Shown piece after piece: positions 19,873 to 30,118 of a DNA stretch of 64,000 nt. Each line of letters starts with the position of its first letter. Positions within the stretch are counted from its first letter, which is position 1. Source of the stretch: an uncultured Clostridium sp. (GTDB lineage Bacteria; Bacillota; Clostridia; TANB77; CAG-508). The notes beneath the pieces are model-generated. The model was given only the letters and a program-made list of their open reading frames with translations. It made no database searches and was not told the origin of the DNA. The stretch lies in assembly GCA_947244325.1 (NCBI GenBank), contig CAMXJY010000004.1:70178-134177 (forward strand), read 5' to 3'. The position numbers were made by a program, and so were the translations under genes.

Positions 19873-20556
19873 CTACTTTACACTTTTTCTTCTTTGCAAT
19901 ACTATTATTGTAAGTAAAATAAATAATATCGCAAAAGAAACTAATGTAACAATTTCAGGAATTGAAATTAATCCTGCTGGAAATTTATCAAAACTATATA
20001 ATAGTGAAAACATTTCTGGTATATCAATTACATATGGTATAAGCATCATTGCTACAAATACAACAAGTGAAATTATTGCTGCAATTACTTGACTTTCTGT
20101 AAGACTTGATGCAAACATACCAAATGATATATATGCAAGTCCTAATAAGAAAAATCCAAATAAAGTACTAATTGCTACTGAAAGTGATGGTTCTCCAAAA
20201 TATTTTAAAATGAAGAAATACATAAATGTAAAAATTTCTGTAATTAATAAAACTATTGCAGCTGCAATAAACTTTCCTAGTACAATTGATGTTATACTTC
20301 TAGGAGATGTCAATAATAATTGTTCTGTTCCATTTTTTCTTTCTTCTGAAAACATTTTCATTGTTAAAATTGGTACTAGCATTGTTAATATTGTAGTTCC
20401 ATCATATCTAAATAAATATTCAAATTGTACACTTTGTGAGAAAAATATTGACCCTAAAAATAATACACTAAATATTAATAAAAATAATCCTATAAAAACA
20501 TATCCTATTGGAGATAGTAAATAGCTTTTTAATTCTTTTTTTATTATTGAAATCAT
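19873..20556 (-). CDS. ABC-2 family transporter permease (GldF-like)
   Basis: 227 aa, about 6 TM. Its start overlaps the ATPase stop by 1 nt. Confidence 0.7.
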   Translation of the reverse strand: MISIIKKELKSYLLSPIGYVFIGLFLLIFSVLFLGSIFFSQSVQFEYLFRYDGTTILTMLVPILTMKMFSEERKNGTEQLLLTSPRSITSIVLGKFIAAAIVLLITEIFTFMYFFILKYFGEPSLSVAISTLFGFFLLGLAYISFGMFASSLTESQVIAAIISLVVFVAMMLIPYVIDIPEMFSLLYSFDKFPAGLISIPEIVTLVSFAILFILLTIIVLQRRKSVK

Positions 20557-21662
20557 TATTCTTTATCTCCTTTCTTATCTACTTTTTCAGATTTCTTACG
20601 AGCTTTTTCTTCTTTTTTTGCTTGTTTTTTATTTTCCTTTTTCTCTTTGTTTGCTTTTTCTTCTTGTCTCAAAATTTCAATTTCTTTTTCATATTGCATT
20701 TTCTTTAATTCTTTTTGACTATATTCTGGTCTTTTTTCTACAAGTTTTATAAATGCATCTTCTAAAGAATTTTCTGATTCTTTCATTTCTAATATTATTA
20801 TATTTTCTTTTGAACATATTGAAAATATTTGTTTTCTTATATCTGTTTTTGAAGAGGTTTCAACTATATATTCTTTACTCTGATCCTCATTTTCTTTAAT
20901 TAATTCTACTGATTTTATATCTTTTATTTGGTCTTTTATTTTTCCAAATTTATTATTAATATCATCAACTATAACTTTTAATGTAAATCGCTCTTTTGTA
21001 TCTTTTTCTAATTTTTCAGGAGTGTCAACAGCTACAATTTCACCTTTATCAATAATAATTACTTTTTCGCAAAGTTGACTTACCTCTGATAGAATATGTG
21101 AACTAATTAATACAGTATGATCTTTTCTAAAAGATTTTATTAATTCTCTTATTTCAATAACTTGTTTTGGATCTAACCCAACTGTAGGTTCATCTAAAAT
21201 TAATATTTTAGGATTTCCAACAATTGCCCCTGCAAAGCTAACTCTTTGCTTATATCCTCTTGATAAATTCTTAGTTAAATTATTTTGTACTTTTTCAAGT
21301 CCTGTTTTTTCAATAGCTGATTTAACAGCTTCTTTTCTTTCTTTGCTTGGCACTAATTTTAATTCTGCCATATATGTTACAAATTCTTTAACTGTTAGTT
21401 CAGAATATAATGGTGTTCCTTCTGGCATATATCCTATTTGTTCTTTTACTTTTTTAGGCTTTTTGTCAATATCATAACCTCCTACAATTATATTTCCTTC
21501 AGTAGGCTCTATAAAACCTGTAATCATATTCATAGTTGTAGACTTTCCAGCACCATTACGACCTAAAAATCCAACTATTTCGCCATCTTCGACTTGAAAG
21601 TTAATATTTCTAACTGCATAAAAATCACCATATTTTTTAGTAACATTTTTTACCTCTATCAA
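20556..21662 (-). CDS. ABC transporter ATP-binding protein with a Lys/Glu-rich C-terminal tail
   Basis: 368 aa. Walker A GRNGAGKST, signature LSRGYKQRV, Walker B ILILDEPT. The C-terminal 60 aa or so are KE-rich low complexity. Confidence 0.85.
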   Translation of the reverse strand: MIEVKNVTKKYGDFYAVRNINFQVEDGEIVGFLGRNGAGKSTTMNMITGFIEPTEGNIIVGGYDIDKKPKKVKEQIGYMPEGTPLYSELTVKEFVTYMAELKLVPSKERKEAVKSAIEKTGLEKVQNNLTKNLSRGYKQRVSFAGAIVGNPKILILDEPTVGLDPKQVIEIRELIKSFRKDHTVLISSHILSEVSQLCEKVIIIDKGEIVAVDTPEKLEKDTKERFTLKVIVDDINNKFGKIKDQIKDIKSVELIKENEDQSKEYIVETSSKTDIRKQIFSICSKENIIILEMKESENSLEDAFIKLVEKRPEYSQKELKKMQYEKEIEILRQEEKANKEKKENKKQAKKEEKARKKSEKVDKKGDKE

Positions 21663-21727
21663 AGTCTTATCCTCCTTTTATTTTATTTATATGAATTTTA
21701 TATTTATAAACTTAAAATAACATTAAA

Positions 21728-21870
21728 AATATGTCCTTTTAGGGACGTTTTGCTGAGGCTGTTGAATTTTAATTCTTACATCCTCAGTATGAAGAATGCG
21801 AATGCATTCTGTATACCGATAATTGGGACATTTTGTCCTTTGCGGGACACATATTCTAAATTTAAAAATT
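21728..21870. repeat. Structured intergenic region with REP-like relics and several hairpins
   Basis: Hairpins seen: GTCC-ttttag-GGAC, CTGAGG..23 nt..CCTCAG, AGAATGC-gaat-GCATTCT, GGGACA-ttt-TGTCC-tttgc-GGGACA. A TCTAAATTTAA tail resembles the REP family tail. Confidence 0.4.
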
Positions 21871-21886
21871 TATTTTTCTTTTAAAA

Positions 21887-22537
21887 TTATATTTTAGCTA
21901 TTAATGCTTTTATTTTTATACCTTCCTCTGAAAACATTTTTTCATGTTCTGTTACTATATTTTCTTCAAATATTTGTTCTTGATGCAAATCATATGTTTT
22001 TTTAATAATATCAAATCCTTCTTGCTCAAAATATTCTAAACTTGCTTCAAATAATTCATCAGAGTCAGTTTTAAAATATATTTCTCCATTTTCTACTAAA
22101 AACTCTTTATATAATTCTAATTGTCTTGTATGTGTTAATCTTTTTTTATTATGCTTTTTCTTAGGCCAAGGATTACAAAAGTTTATATATATTCTTTCTA
22201 CTTTATCTGCTTTATCAAATACATTTGAGATTTGTTCTACATTTGCTCTTATTAAATATAAATTCTCTGGATTTTCAAAATTATATGCTTGTTCAATATT
22301 TCTTTTTGAAAGTCCTAGCATTGCCTCTATCATATCAACTGCAATATAATTTATATTTCTATGACTTGAAGCAAGGTTCGCTATAAACGAACCTTTACCA
22401 CATCCAAGCTCAATATGAAGAGGATTTTCTTGCTCAAATTTACTTTTCCAAATTCCTTTAAATTCTTCTGGTTTATCTATATAAAATTTAGAATTCTCTA
22501 GTTCTTCTTTTGCCCATTTTTTTCTTCTAATTCTCAT
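21887..22537 (-). CDS. trmB: tRNA (guanine-N7)-methyltransferase
   Basis: 216 aa. The SAM-binding segment ELGCGKGSF..YIAVD and the length fit TrmB. Confidence 0.85.
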   Translation of the reverse strand: MRIRRKKWAKEELENSKFYIDKPEEFKGIWKSKFEQENPLHIELGCGKGSFIANLASSHRNINYIAVDMIEAMLGLSKRNIEQAYNFENPENLYLIRANVEQISNVFDKADKVERIYINFCNPWPKKKHNKKRLTHTRQLELYKEFLVENGEIYFKTDSDELFEASLEYFEQEGFDIIKKTYDLHQEQIFEENIVTEHEKMFSEEGIKIKALIAKI

Positions 22538-22631
22538 TTCTAACCTCTTAAAATTAATATAAATAATAAAAGTTCTTACTGCTTAAAATTGCTGATAAGT
22601 ACATTTCTTTCTAGTTTAATATTTTCTATCT

Positions 22632-24134
22632 TTAATGCTTTTTATATGTATCTGTATATAATTTATCTCTTTTTACTACTACTCCATCTTTTTTATAAGC
22701 TCTATATGATTCTACTACTAAAGATGTTGCTGTTGATTTTATTGTTCTTGATTCTATAGATAATTCATATTCGTCATCTGTTTTTAATCCATAAATTGAT
22801 ATTGTTGCAATTCCGCCACTAACAGATGTTTCAATTTTTATAGGATAATCTCTTCTATTCTTAAATTTAAAATCAGTTGACCCCCATACAACTGTTGCAT
22901 CTTTTCCTGCATCAGCATAAGAAGGTACAAACATATGATTTCTTCTTTCTTCAATTTCCATATTTGCTGCAATAGCTGCATTATATAAAGTTGTTGATAT
23001 TTGACAAATTCCTCCACCAAGACCGTCTGTAACTCCACCATCTTGATATATTGCTGCATTTTTATAACCTGCTGCTATTGTCCTTTTTCCTACTACTTTA
23101 TTATAGGAAAAAATTTCTCCTGGCATTATTACAGTACCATCAATTTTTTCTGCTGCTAATTTTAAATTTGTAGTTCTATCAACATTACTAGCTACATATT
23201 TAGTTGAAAAAGTAGATATTAAATCTGGAAATGCTTCTTTTCCTAAATCATTTACTGTTACATTTGCTGTAGTATAAATTAAATCAACTACATATTCTTC
23301 AGCTTCTGGTTCTTCATCAATCATATTTTTTACTTTATCAGTATCAAAATCTATACCTGTAACATCTGCAAAAACTGCATATGGCTCTGTTGTAAAATAC
23401 GCATCTTCTACTTCTCTATATACTTCATCATGAATTTGTTCTACATCTATAGGATCTGGATATTGTATATATGTTGGTATATTAAGGTAGCTTTTAGAAT
23501 AACTAATATCTTGAATTGCTGATACTATCATTTCTTTTAAATCTTCAATTTCTATACCTACACCATTTACTCCATTAGTTATTATAAGCTCTTTGTCTTC
23601 AACATAATAGGCTGGTTGCTCTAATTTATCTGGTAAAAAAGCTTCAATATTTTCTAAATATTTTGTTAAAGCTTCATCATTATATGTAAGTATTGGTTCT
23701 ATATCAATATTAGACATTAAAACACTTATATATTCTTGCATATCTTGAAAAAAATCACCAGTTTTTGCTATACTAAAGGCAAAATCCACTGAAGCTTCAA
23801 TATCAAATTTAGCTTCTATTTGTTCAACTTCAACATAATAATTATAGTTTTTATAAGTAAGTTCAATATGGTCATTCATTTGACTTTTTAATTCATTTTC
23901 AACAAGTGATATAGCTTCCTCTCGATTTAAACCAGATACATTTATACCTTTTATATAAACTCCTGATTGAATTGTGCTACTATTTTGTTGATTATAATAA
24001 AACATCATTCCACTTGCTATAAGAATTCCTATTACTATTGCAAGTAATATTACGAATACTAATAATATGTTATCATGTCTAAACATTTTTAATACTTTTT
24101 TTGTATTACCTTTAAATATTTCAAAATCTGGCAT
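22632..24134 (-). CDS. VanW family protein (YoaR-like), membrane anchored
   Basis: 500 aa with an N-terminal TM. The C-terminal VanW domain carries GGGICQISTTLYNAA. Confidence 0.8.
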   Translation of the reverse strand: MPDFEIFKGNTKKVLKMFRHDNILLVFVILLAIVIGILIASGMMFYYNQQNSSTIQSGVYIKGINVSGLNREEAISLVENELKSQMNDHIELTYKNYNYYVEVEQIEAKFDIEASVDFAFSIAKTGDFFQDMQEYISVLMSNIDIEPILTYNDEALTKYLENIEAFLPDKLEQPAYYVEDKELIITNGVNGVGIEIEDLKEMIVSAIQDISYSKSYLNIPTYIQYPDPIDVEQIHDEVYREVEDAYFTTEPYAVFADVTGIDFDTDKVKNMIDEEPEAEEYVVDLIYTTANVTVNDLGKEAFPDLISTFSTKYVASNVDRTTNLKLAAEKIDGTVIMPGEIFSYNKVVGKRTIAAGYKNAAIYQDGGVTDGLGGGICQISTTLYNAAIAANMEIEERRNHMFVPSYADAGKDATVVWGSTDFKFKNRRDYPIKIETSVSGGIATISIYGLKTDDEYELSIESRTIKSTATSLVVESYRAYKKDGVVVKRDKLYTDTYKKH

Positions 24135-24320
24135 ATCTATTCCTCAAATTTTCTTACAAATTCTTTATTATTATATTTAAAAAGCAAGTATAAATCAATA
24201 TATTTTATTAATTTTGTTATATATACATACTTTAATTTGCTCTTTGATACATAATCAATTGATTTACTATACTATTCATGATATAATCTGCACATTATTT
24301 GTTAAGGGGGTAACAGTACG

Positions 24321-25028
24321 ATGATTAGATTTCTTTTTCTGTCATTGGTCCCACTAATTGGGACATCTATTGGGTCGACTTTAGGTATCTTCAATAACTT
24401 CAATAATAAATTTGAAGACCAAGAAGAAGTTTTAGTGGCTGTTGCTACTGGAATTCTGGCTTCAATTTCTTTAAGTTTATTTATGGAAGCTTTTGAAAGC
24501 CTAAAAAATCCCAGCTTATTCATTGGAATATTTATAGGTTTCCTATTCATATTCATAATGAATTATTTTACTCGGAAAAATGAAAAAACTAACAATATAA
24601 ATTCAAAGCTTTTTTGGGCAATGCTGATTCACAATATTCCTGAAGGAATCATTATTGGAATAGCTCTTGCCAATCGGAATTTTGTTGAAAGTTTTACATT
24701 AATCTTGAGTATTTCCCTTCAAAATATCCCAGATGGTTTAGTAGTATCAATGCCTTTGGTAAAAATTAAAGGGAAAAATTCGGCTCTTTGTTATGGAGTA
24801 CTTTCTGGAATTGTCGAGCCGATTGCTGCAATGATTGTAGTATTTACAGCTGCACACACAACAAACATTACAAGATTCGAGCCTTTACTCACAGGTTTCT
24901 CACTTGCTACAGTTTTAATGATAACTATTGAGTTATTAAAAGACTGTAAGAAAAAATATCGTACTGTGGTTGCAGCAGCTATATTTACAACAATTTTTAA
25001 CGCAGTTTTTAATGGAATTCTTGGTTAA
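24321..25028 (+). CDS. ZIP family metal (zinc) transporter
   Basis: 235 aa, multi-TM. The motifs HNIPEGIIIG and LQNIPDGLVVS are typical of ZupT/GufA-like ZIP proteins. It has an AAGGGGG RBS and is one of only two plus-strand genes. Confidence 0.8.
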   Translation: MIRFLFLSLVPLIGTSIGSTLGIFNNFNNKFEDQEEVLVAVATGILASISLSLFMEAFESLKNPSLFIGIFIGFLFIFIMNYFTRKNEKTNNINSKLFWAMLIHNIPEGIIIGIALANRNFVESFTLILSISLQNIPDGLVVSMPLVKIKGKNSALCYGVLSGIVEPIAAMIVVFTAAHTTNITRFEPLLTGFSLATVLMITIELLKDCKKKYRTVVAAAIFTTIFNAVFNGILG

Positions 25029-25030
25029 AC

Positions 25031-25066
25031 AGAAAAGCGGCAAATGCCGCTTTTTCTGTATTTTTA
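25031..25066 (+). terminator. Rho-independent terminator of the ZIP gene
   Basis: AGAAAAGCGGCA-aa-TGCCGCTTTTTCT followed by a T-run. Confidence 0.8.
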
Positions 25067-25121
25067 TTAATATTTAATCAAAAACAAAACTCCTCTAAGT
25101 TTATTAAAGGAGTTTTCATTT

Positions 25122-26345
25122 TTATTTTAACTTTTCTTCAACTAATGTATGATCACTATCATCACTTTCATCTTTTGTTACTATAAATCCAGTTGCAATT
25201 GGTCTTGTTTTATGTGCTCCTGTGCTATCAATAGGGTCGTTAACTATTGTATTATCTACTACTAAAACACTTGATGTTCCACCATCTAAGTTAGCTGCAT
25301 TATATGCTCCATAATCTACCATAATATCAATTAAGTCTTTAATACTAGCACCTGGCTTAGTAACACCTTTTCTTCCATTTAGTACAAGAAATAATACTAT
25401 TCCATCTTTTCTTTGAGCTATAACAGTTCTTGGAGCTTCACCCCAGCCACCATTACCTTTTACTTCTACTGGCTTTCCATTTACTATTAAAAATGGTCCA
25501 AAAGTTACAGCATCTCTAATTCCTTTTTTCTTAGCTTCTGCCACTGTCATTTTTTCTACTACTAATTTATTATCTTCAGTAAATCCTATTACCCCACCTG
25601 TTCCTTTGTAAGTATCTGTTGTAACATATTTACCATCACAAACTGTAATTCCTAAAGGTGAACCTCCTGTACTATTAAATCCAGGATCATTAAATCCACC
25701 ACCATTAATAGCTATTAATGCATCATTATTTTCAGCCATTCTTGTTAGATATTGTCCTTTTACTCCAAGTCCATCTGTTACTACAGTTTTTATTCTTGAA
25801 GCATCATATACTGCTACTAAATATCCGTCAAATTTTTTCTCTGAAATTTCTATTATTTTATAATCATTATTATTTGGGTCTCTTTCTAAAATTGCTCTTT
25901 CATATTCGTTTTTATACTCTGTTACTTTATTTGAAGAAAAAGTTATTGCATTTAAGTCCGTTTCTTCTTCAATTTCAACTACTTTATTTTTGTCTAATAT
26001 GTAATTTATTGTAGCTTCATCATAAAACCATGTTGCAAAATATTGATGTGTCATTGTTGTCATTGCTGTAGTTACAAGCCATTCTCTAAAGCCTGTAATT
26101 GGTCCATATAATAAAAATAATACTGTTATTATTCCTATACTACCTAGTGAAAATAATACTGCAAATATTGATTGTATTATACTAACTTTTTTCTTATTGT
26201 TTTTTCCTTTTTTTCTTCCAGAATTTTTTTCTGTACTTGCTTTTTGGCTTCTTCTACCTGATGATTTTCCTTCTTCTTCTAATCTTGATTTTCTATGTTT
26301 TCTTACAACTTTCTCTTCTTCTTTATCTATTGTAGTATTTCCCAT
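25122..26345 (-). CDS. Phosphodiester glycosidase (NAGPA-domain) family protein, membrane anchored
   Basis: 407 aa. Lys-rich N-terminus followed by a TM. Motifs: INGGGFNDPG, GPFLIVNGKP, PRTVIAQRKDG, NLDGGTSS. Confidence 0.7.
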   Translation of the reverse strand: MGNTTIDKEEEKVVRKHRKSRLEEEGKSSGRRSQKASTEKNSGRKKGKNNKKKVSIIQSIFAVLFSLGSIGIITVLFLLYGPITGFREWLVTTAMTTMTHQYFATWFYDEATINYILDKNKVVEIEEETDLNAITFSSNKVTEYKNEYERAILERDPNNNDYKIIEISEKKFDGYLVAVYDASRIKTVVTDGLGVKGQYLTRMAENNDALIAINGGGFNDPGFNSTGGSPLGITVCDGKYVTTDTYKGTGGVIGFTEDNKLVVEKMTVAEAKKKGIRDAVTFGPFLIVNGKPVEVKGNGGWGEAPRTVIAQRKDGIVLFLVLNGRKGVTKPGASIKDLIDIMVDYGAYNAANLDGGTSSVLVVDNTIVNDPIDSTGAHKTRPIATGFIVTKDESDDSDHTLVEEKLK

Positions 26346-26604
26346 TTTTTATCCTCTCTTTGTTTAACTGTTATAAAATTAATAGCTATATTTTATATTA
26401 AAAACGCTTATTTGTCTATACAAATTTATATAAAAATTGACAGTATTTTCCTTATTTTTCACTTGTAATCTCTCTTATAATAGTAATTTCTTTAAATATA
26501 AATTCTTATAGTATAATTCAGGTTAACAGCTTTATTACTTCGATTTTTCTTATATTATAATTTTTATTACTTTGATTTAACTCTACTATTAAGTATATAT
26601 TAGT

Positions 26605-27373
26605 TTAATCTACTGTTATTTTTCTTTCAAATGTATAAATTGGAACTTCTTTTCTTTTATGCTTTGTAGATTTATTTAATCTTTCTATAATTTTCATTGC
26701 ATTTTCTTCAGTTTTACCAGTTTCTATATATTCTGATATTTGACTATATGTGACTCCCATTTTTTCTTCATCAGTTAAACTACCAAGACCATCATTTGGA
26801 GGTTTATTTATTATTTTATCTGGTACTTTTAAATATCTACCAATTTCTAAAACCTCTTCAACTGTAAAATTTCCAATAGGATTAAAATCTGAACTGCTAT
26901 CTCCCCATTTTGTAGTATATCCTACCATTCTCTCACATAAATTTCCTGTTCCTATTACTAAATATCCTAAACTTCCGAGCAATTCCATATAAGCTTGTCA
27001 TTCTTAAACGTGGCTTGATATTTATTTTTGCTTCTTTACTTAAAGTTTTATTAATAGAATTTAACTTTAAATTTATTTTATTTTCTAACTCATTGTATGT
27101 ACTACTTAAATCTAACTCTAAATAGGGTACATTAAAAGTTTTAGCAACAAGCTTTGCATCATCTAAATCTTCTTTAATTGAATTACATGGCATAGCAACT
27201 GTAAGAACTCTCTCAGAACCTAAAGCTTTTACACTCATAGCAATAACAGTAGCAGAATCTTTACCACCACTATTACCAACTACTACTCCTTTAGCTCTAG
27301 ATTTTTCTACATAATCTTTTATCCATTTAATTGCATTTTCAGCTTCATTTAACAGCTTTTCTTTTTCTAACAT
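26605..27373 (-). CDS. nadE: NH3-dependent NAD+ synthetase, interrupted by a +1 frame break at in-frame CGG (26977..26975)
   Basis: Two overlapping track ORFs cover it. The N-terminal part has the SGGKDS PP-loop. The C-terminal part has GTGNLCERMVGYTTKWGD. The junction reads GGA-ATT-GCT-CGG-AAG in frame 0 and GCT-c-GGA-AGT-TTA-GGA in frame +1. Confidence 0.8.
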
Positions 27374-27385
27374 AATTTCTCCTTA

Positions 27386-29401
27386 TTACCATAATGGTGC
27401 TGTTTTATCTAAATCTGTTTTTTCTTGCTGTTTTTCTTTTGTAGAAGATGAAATACCTTTTAATTGATTTTCAAATATTGCAAGTGCATCTCCTTCTTGC
27501 ACTTCATAAGATGCCCATCTATTTCCAGACATTTGATTTTGAGCTATTCTACCTTGTAATTCTTGATTTTCTAACATTAAATCTTGCATTTTTGATTTCG
27601 TTGTTTTGAAAAGTCTTGGCTTTTTATTTTGAACTACTGGTAAATTGCTATTTCTTTTTTGTTCAATTTTTTGCATAGCTAATTGCTGTATGTATTGGTC
27701 TGTAAAAGCTCCGCTTTCCTTATCTACAAAATTAGCTCTAATAGCATTAGATATTCTTTTCATATCTGGAGTAAGATTTCCTGATAATTCTGAAATTGCA
27801 CAAGCATGAATATCAGCTAACATATCTCTTGTACTATATTTTTGTTGTTCTTGTGGCACTTCTGTTTTAATTGCTTGTATTTTTAAATTTATATTTTTAA
27901 TTTTTTCTTCTTTTAATTTGTCAGCCCCTGTAAGTCTACCCAAAAATCCTACTTGTTGTTCAGTAAGTGCTTGTTTTTCTTGAGTTAATTTTTGAATTCT
28001 TGCATCTTGAATTATTCCTTGCACTTTTAAGTATAAGTTTCTTTTTATATCTTTATCTGTTTGTTGATTATACATATTAATAATATCTGGAAAATTTTTT
28101 GTAAGTTCTAAACTATAAGCTACTCCATCTGCAAGTGGTGTTAATTCTCTCGAAATTGCTGAAACATCCTTTAAAGAAATATTCTCTGGAATATCTGTAT
28201 TTATAGCCTTAGAATTTACATTTTTTAGATTCTCTTTTATATTTTCGATATTTTGATTTATACCACTACCTGCAATAGTTCTAGTTAAAGCAATACCAAG
28301 CCTACTTGCAAGATTTTTAAAAGTATTTTCTGAAATCAGCAATCTATCATATGCATCATTAATTGTATTTTCTAATCTACTGCTATTTACTGGTGTAGCT
28401 TCTTTTTTGAAACTAATATCTGAAATAGCACTTTGCCTTTCTTGTTCTTTTTTTAAGGCCTCTTGTTTTACTTTTTCTTCTTCCTGTTTTCTTTTCTCTT
28501 CTTCTTCTAATCTTTTTCTTTCTTCGTCAATTACTTCTCGAGATTTATCTAATTCTAATTCTTTTTGCTTACACATTCCTTCTAATAAATCATGTAAATT
28601 TTCTTCAAATTCATGTGTAGATTTATATAATTCAAAAAGCTCATCAGATACCTTTTTTTCATCTGCTGAAATAGCTTTTAGTTCTTCTCTATCTCTTCTA
28701 TCACTTGCCCTTTTATACTTTTCCATAAGCCATTGTCTTTTATCATTTAGCTGATTATATTTTTCCATATTTTTTATATTATCTGCAAATCCTGATACTA
28801 CTTTTTCTAATAAATTATCTATTTCTTCTTGACTTTTTTCTTTTAATTCTGGTTTTTCTAAACTAATTTTATAATACTTATAACCATTCCATGTACTTTG
28901 ATGTTCGTGTGATTTAATCTTACAAAAAGGTGAAATTATTACTTCTGCCTCATCTTTAGAATTTTCTTCTCTATATCCTTCAGCTTCAAGAAATGGTACT
29001 CCATCTCCAATATCTACTCTAACTAATGCAGAATCTCCATACTCGCAGAACGTTTTTGCAATATCTTCTCTTGAAGAAAAAGATAAAAAATGATCTGTTC
29101 TACTATATAAAGAACTGACTGCTTTATTTGATGTTCCTCTTATTAAATTTCCATATGGTTTTCTATCCTTAGAATCTTTATACATTGCTGCATATACATT
29201 AACAAAATCGTTAATACCTTCTTTTATTTCTTCTTCTGTTTGTGGTAATGACCATCCTGCCTTACGTAATCTTGCATAACTTGATGGATCTAAGCTTCCT
29301 AAAATATTTATACTTGTATGTTTGTAACCTAAATATCTTTGTATAGATTTTCTTTCTTCATCAGAAACTCTTAAATTTTGGTAAGCCTCTTTTAATTCCA
29401 T
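27386..29401 (-). CDS. ADP-ribosyltransferase (R-S-E, C3/VIP2-like) domain protein with a long coiled-coil C-terminal region
   Basis: 671 aa with no signal peptide. The N-terminal 190 aa or so carry IQRYLGYKHTSINILG (YxxxxxxIN helix), NLIRGTS (Arg), FLSFSS (S-x-S) and DEAEVIISP (E-x-E). The remainder is Glu/Lys/Gln-rich coiled coil. Confidence 0.6.
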   Translation of the reverse strand: MELKEAYQNLRVSDEERKSIQRYLGYKHTSINILGSLDPSSYARLRKAGWSLPQTEEEIKEGINDFVNVYAAMYKDSKDRKPYGNLIRGTSNKAVSSLYSRTDHFLSFSSREDIAKTFCEYGDSALVRVDIGDGVPFLEAEGYREENSKDEAEVIISPFCKIKSHEHQSTWNGYKYYKISLEKPELKEKSQEEIDNLLEKVVSGFADNIKNMEKYNQLNDKRQWLMEKYKRASDRRDREELKAISADEKKVSDELFELYKSTHEFEENLHDLLEGMCKQKELELDKSREVIDEERKRLEEEEKRKQEEEKVKQEALKKEQERQSAISDISFKKEATPVNSSRLENTINDAYDRLLISENTFKNLASRLGIALTRTIAGSGINQNIENIKENLKNVNSKAINTDIPENISLKDVSAISRELTPLADGVAYSLELTKNFPDIINMYNQQTDKDIKRNLYLKVQGIIQDARIQKLTQEKQALTEQQVGFLGRLTGADKLKEEKIKNINLKIQAIKTEVPQEQQKYSTRDMLADIHACAISELSGNLTPDMKRISNAIRANFVDKESGAFTDQYIQQLAMQKIEQKRNSNLPVVQNKKPRLFKTTKSKMQDLMLENQELQGRIAQNQMSGNRWASYEVQEGDALAIFENQLKGISSSTKEKQQEKTDLDKTAPLW

Positions 29402-29422
29402 AATTTTCTCCTTTATTCTTCT

Positions 29423-30037
29423 TTAGAATACATTATATAAATCATTTTCTTTTATGTAATAATAAACTTCATCTGGTGTTAGATATCTAATACTTTTATT
29501 TCTTTTTAATTTATCTCTAACAAAACTAGAACTTATATTACTTTTTATATTTTCTTTTAATTTTATAAAAGAATTTTTATTTTCAAGTAAAAATTCATCC
29601 TTTTTAATTATTTCTTCCATATTATCTTCATCTCGTTCTACAACAAGAATCTTAAATTTTGATACTAATTCTTTTGCAGACCACCATTTTGAAAAAATTT
29701 TTAAATTATCAGTTCCTATTATAAAACAAATGATATTATCTGGATATTCTTTTTGCAGCAATTCTAAAGTTTCTATTGTATATAATTGCCTATCATTTTT
29801 TATTTCTATATCAGAAACTAAAAAATTTGAATTTTTATCACATACCAATTTAAGCATATTATATCTATGTTCATTTTCAAGTAATCCTGGTTTTTGATAC
29901 TTAGAATTTACTGGCACAAATATTACTTTTTCAATATTTTCATATTCATTTATAATCTGCTCAGCAATTGAAAAATGTGAATTTAATGGAGGATTAAATG
30001 AACCACCAAAAACTGCTATTAACTTTTTTTCTTTCAT
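29423..30037 (-). CDS. nadD: Nicotinate-nucleotide adenylyltransferase
   Basis: The motif GGSFNPPLNSH ((H/T)xGH-type) is present. The ATG at 30037 (MKEKKLIAVFGG) has an AAAGGA RBS, so the TTG at 30052 used by the track is less likely. Confidence 0.85.
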   Translation of the reverse strand: MKEKKLIAVFGGSFNPPLNSHFSIAEQIINEYENIEKVIFVPVNSKYQKPGLLENEHRYNMLKLVCDKNSNFLVSDIEIKNDRQLYTIETLELLQKEYPDNIICFIIGTDNLKIFSKWWSAKELVSKFKILVVERDEDNMEEIIKKDEFLLENKNSFIKLKENIKSNISSSFVRDKLKRNKSIRYLTPDEVYYYIKENDLYNVF

Positions 30038-30118
30038 TCTACATCCTTTCAAAGTATTCTATAAAAATACATATTAGAAAAATGTTTCGTATTGTCCACT
30101 ATTATTCATATATAAAAT

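Noticed and set aside
24241-24320. A Zur/Fur-type operator upstream of the ZIP transporter.
   Set aside because: There is a good sigma-A promoter (TTGATT-17-TATAAT), but no recognisable Zur-type inverted repeat.
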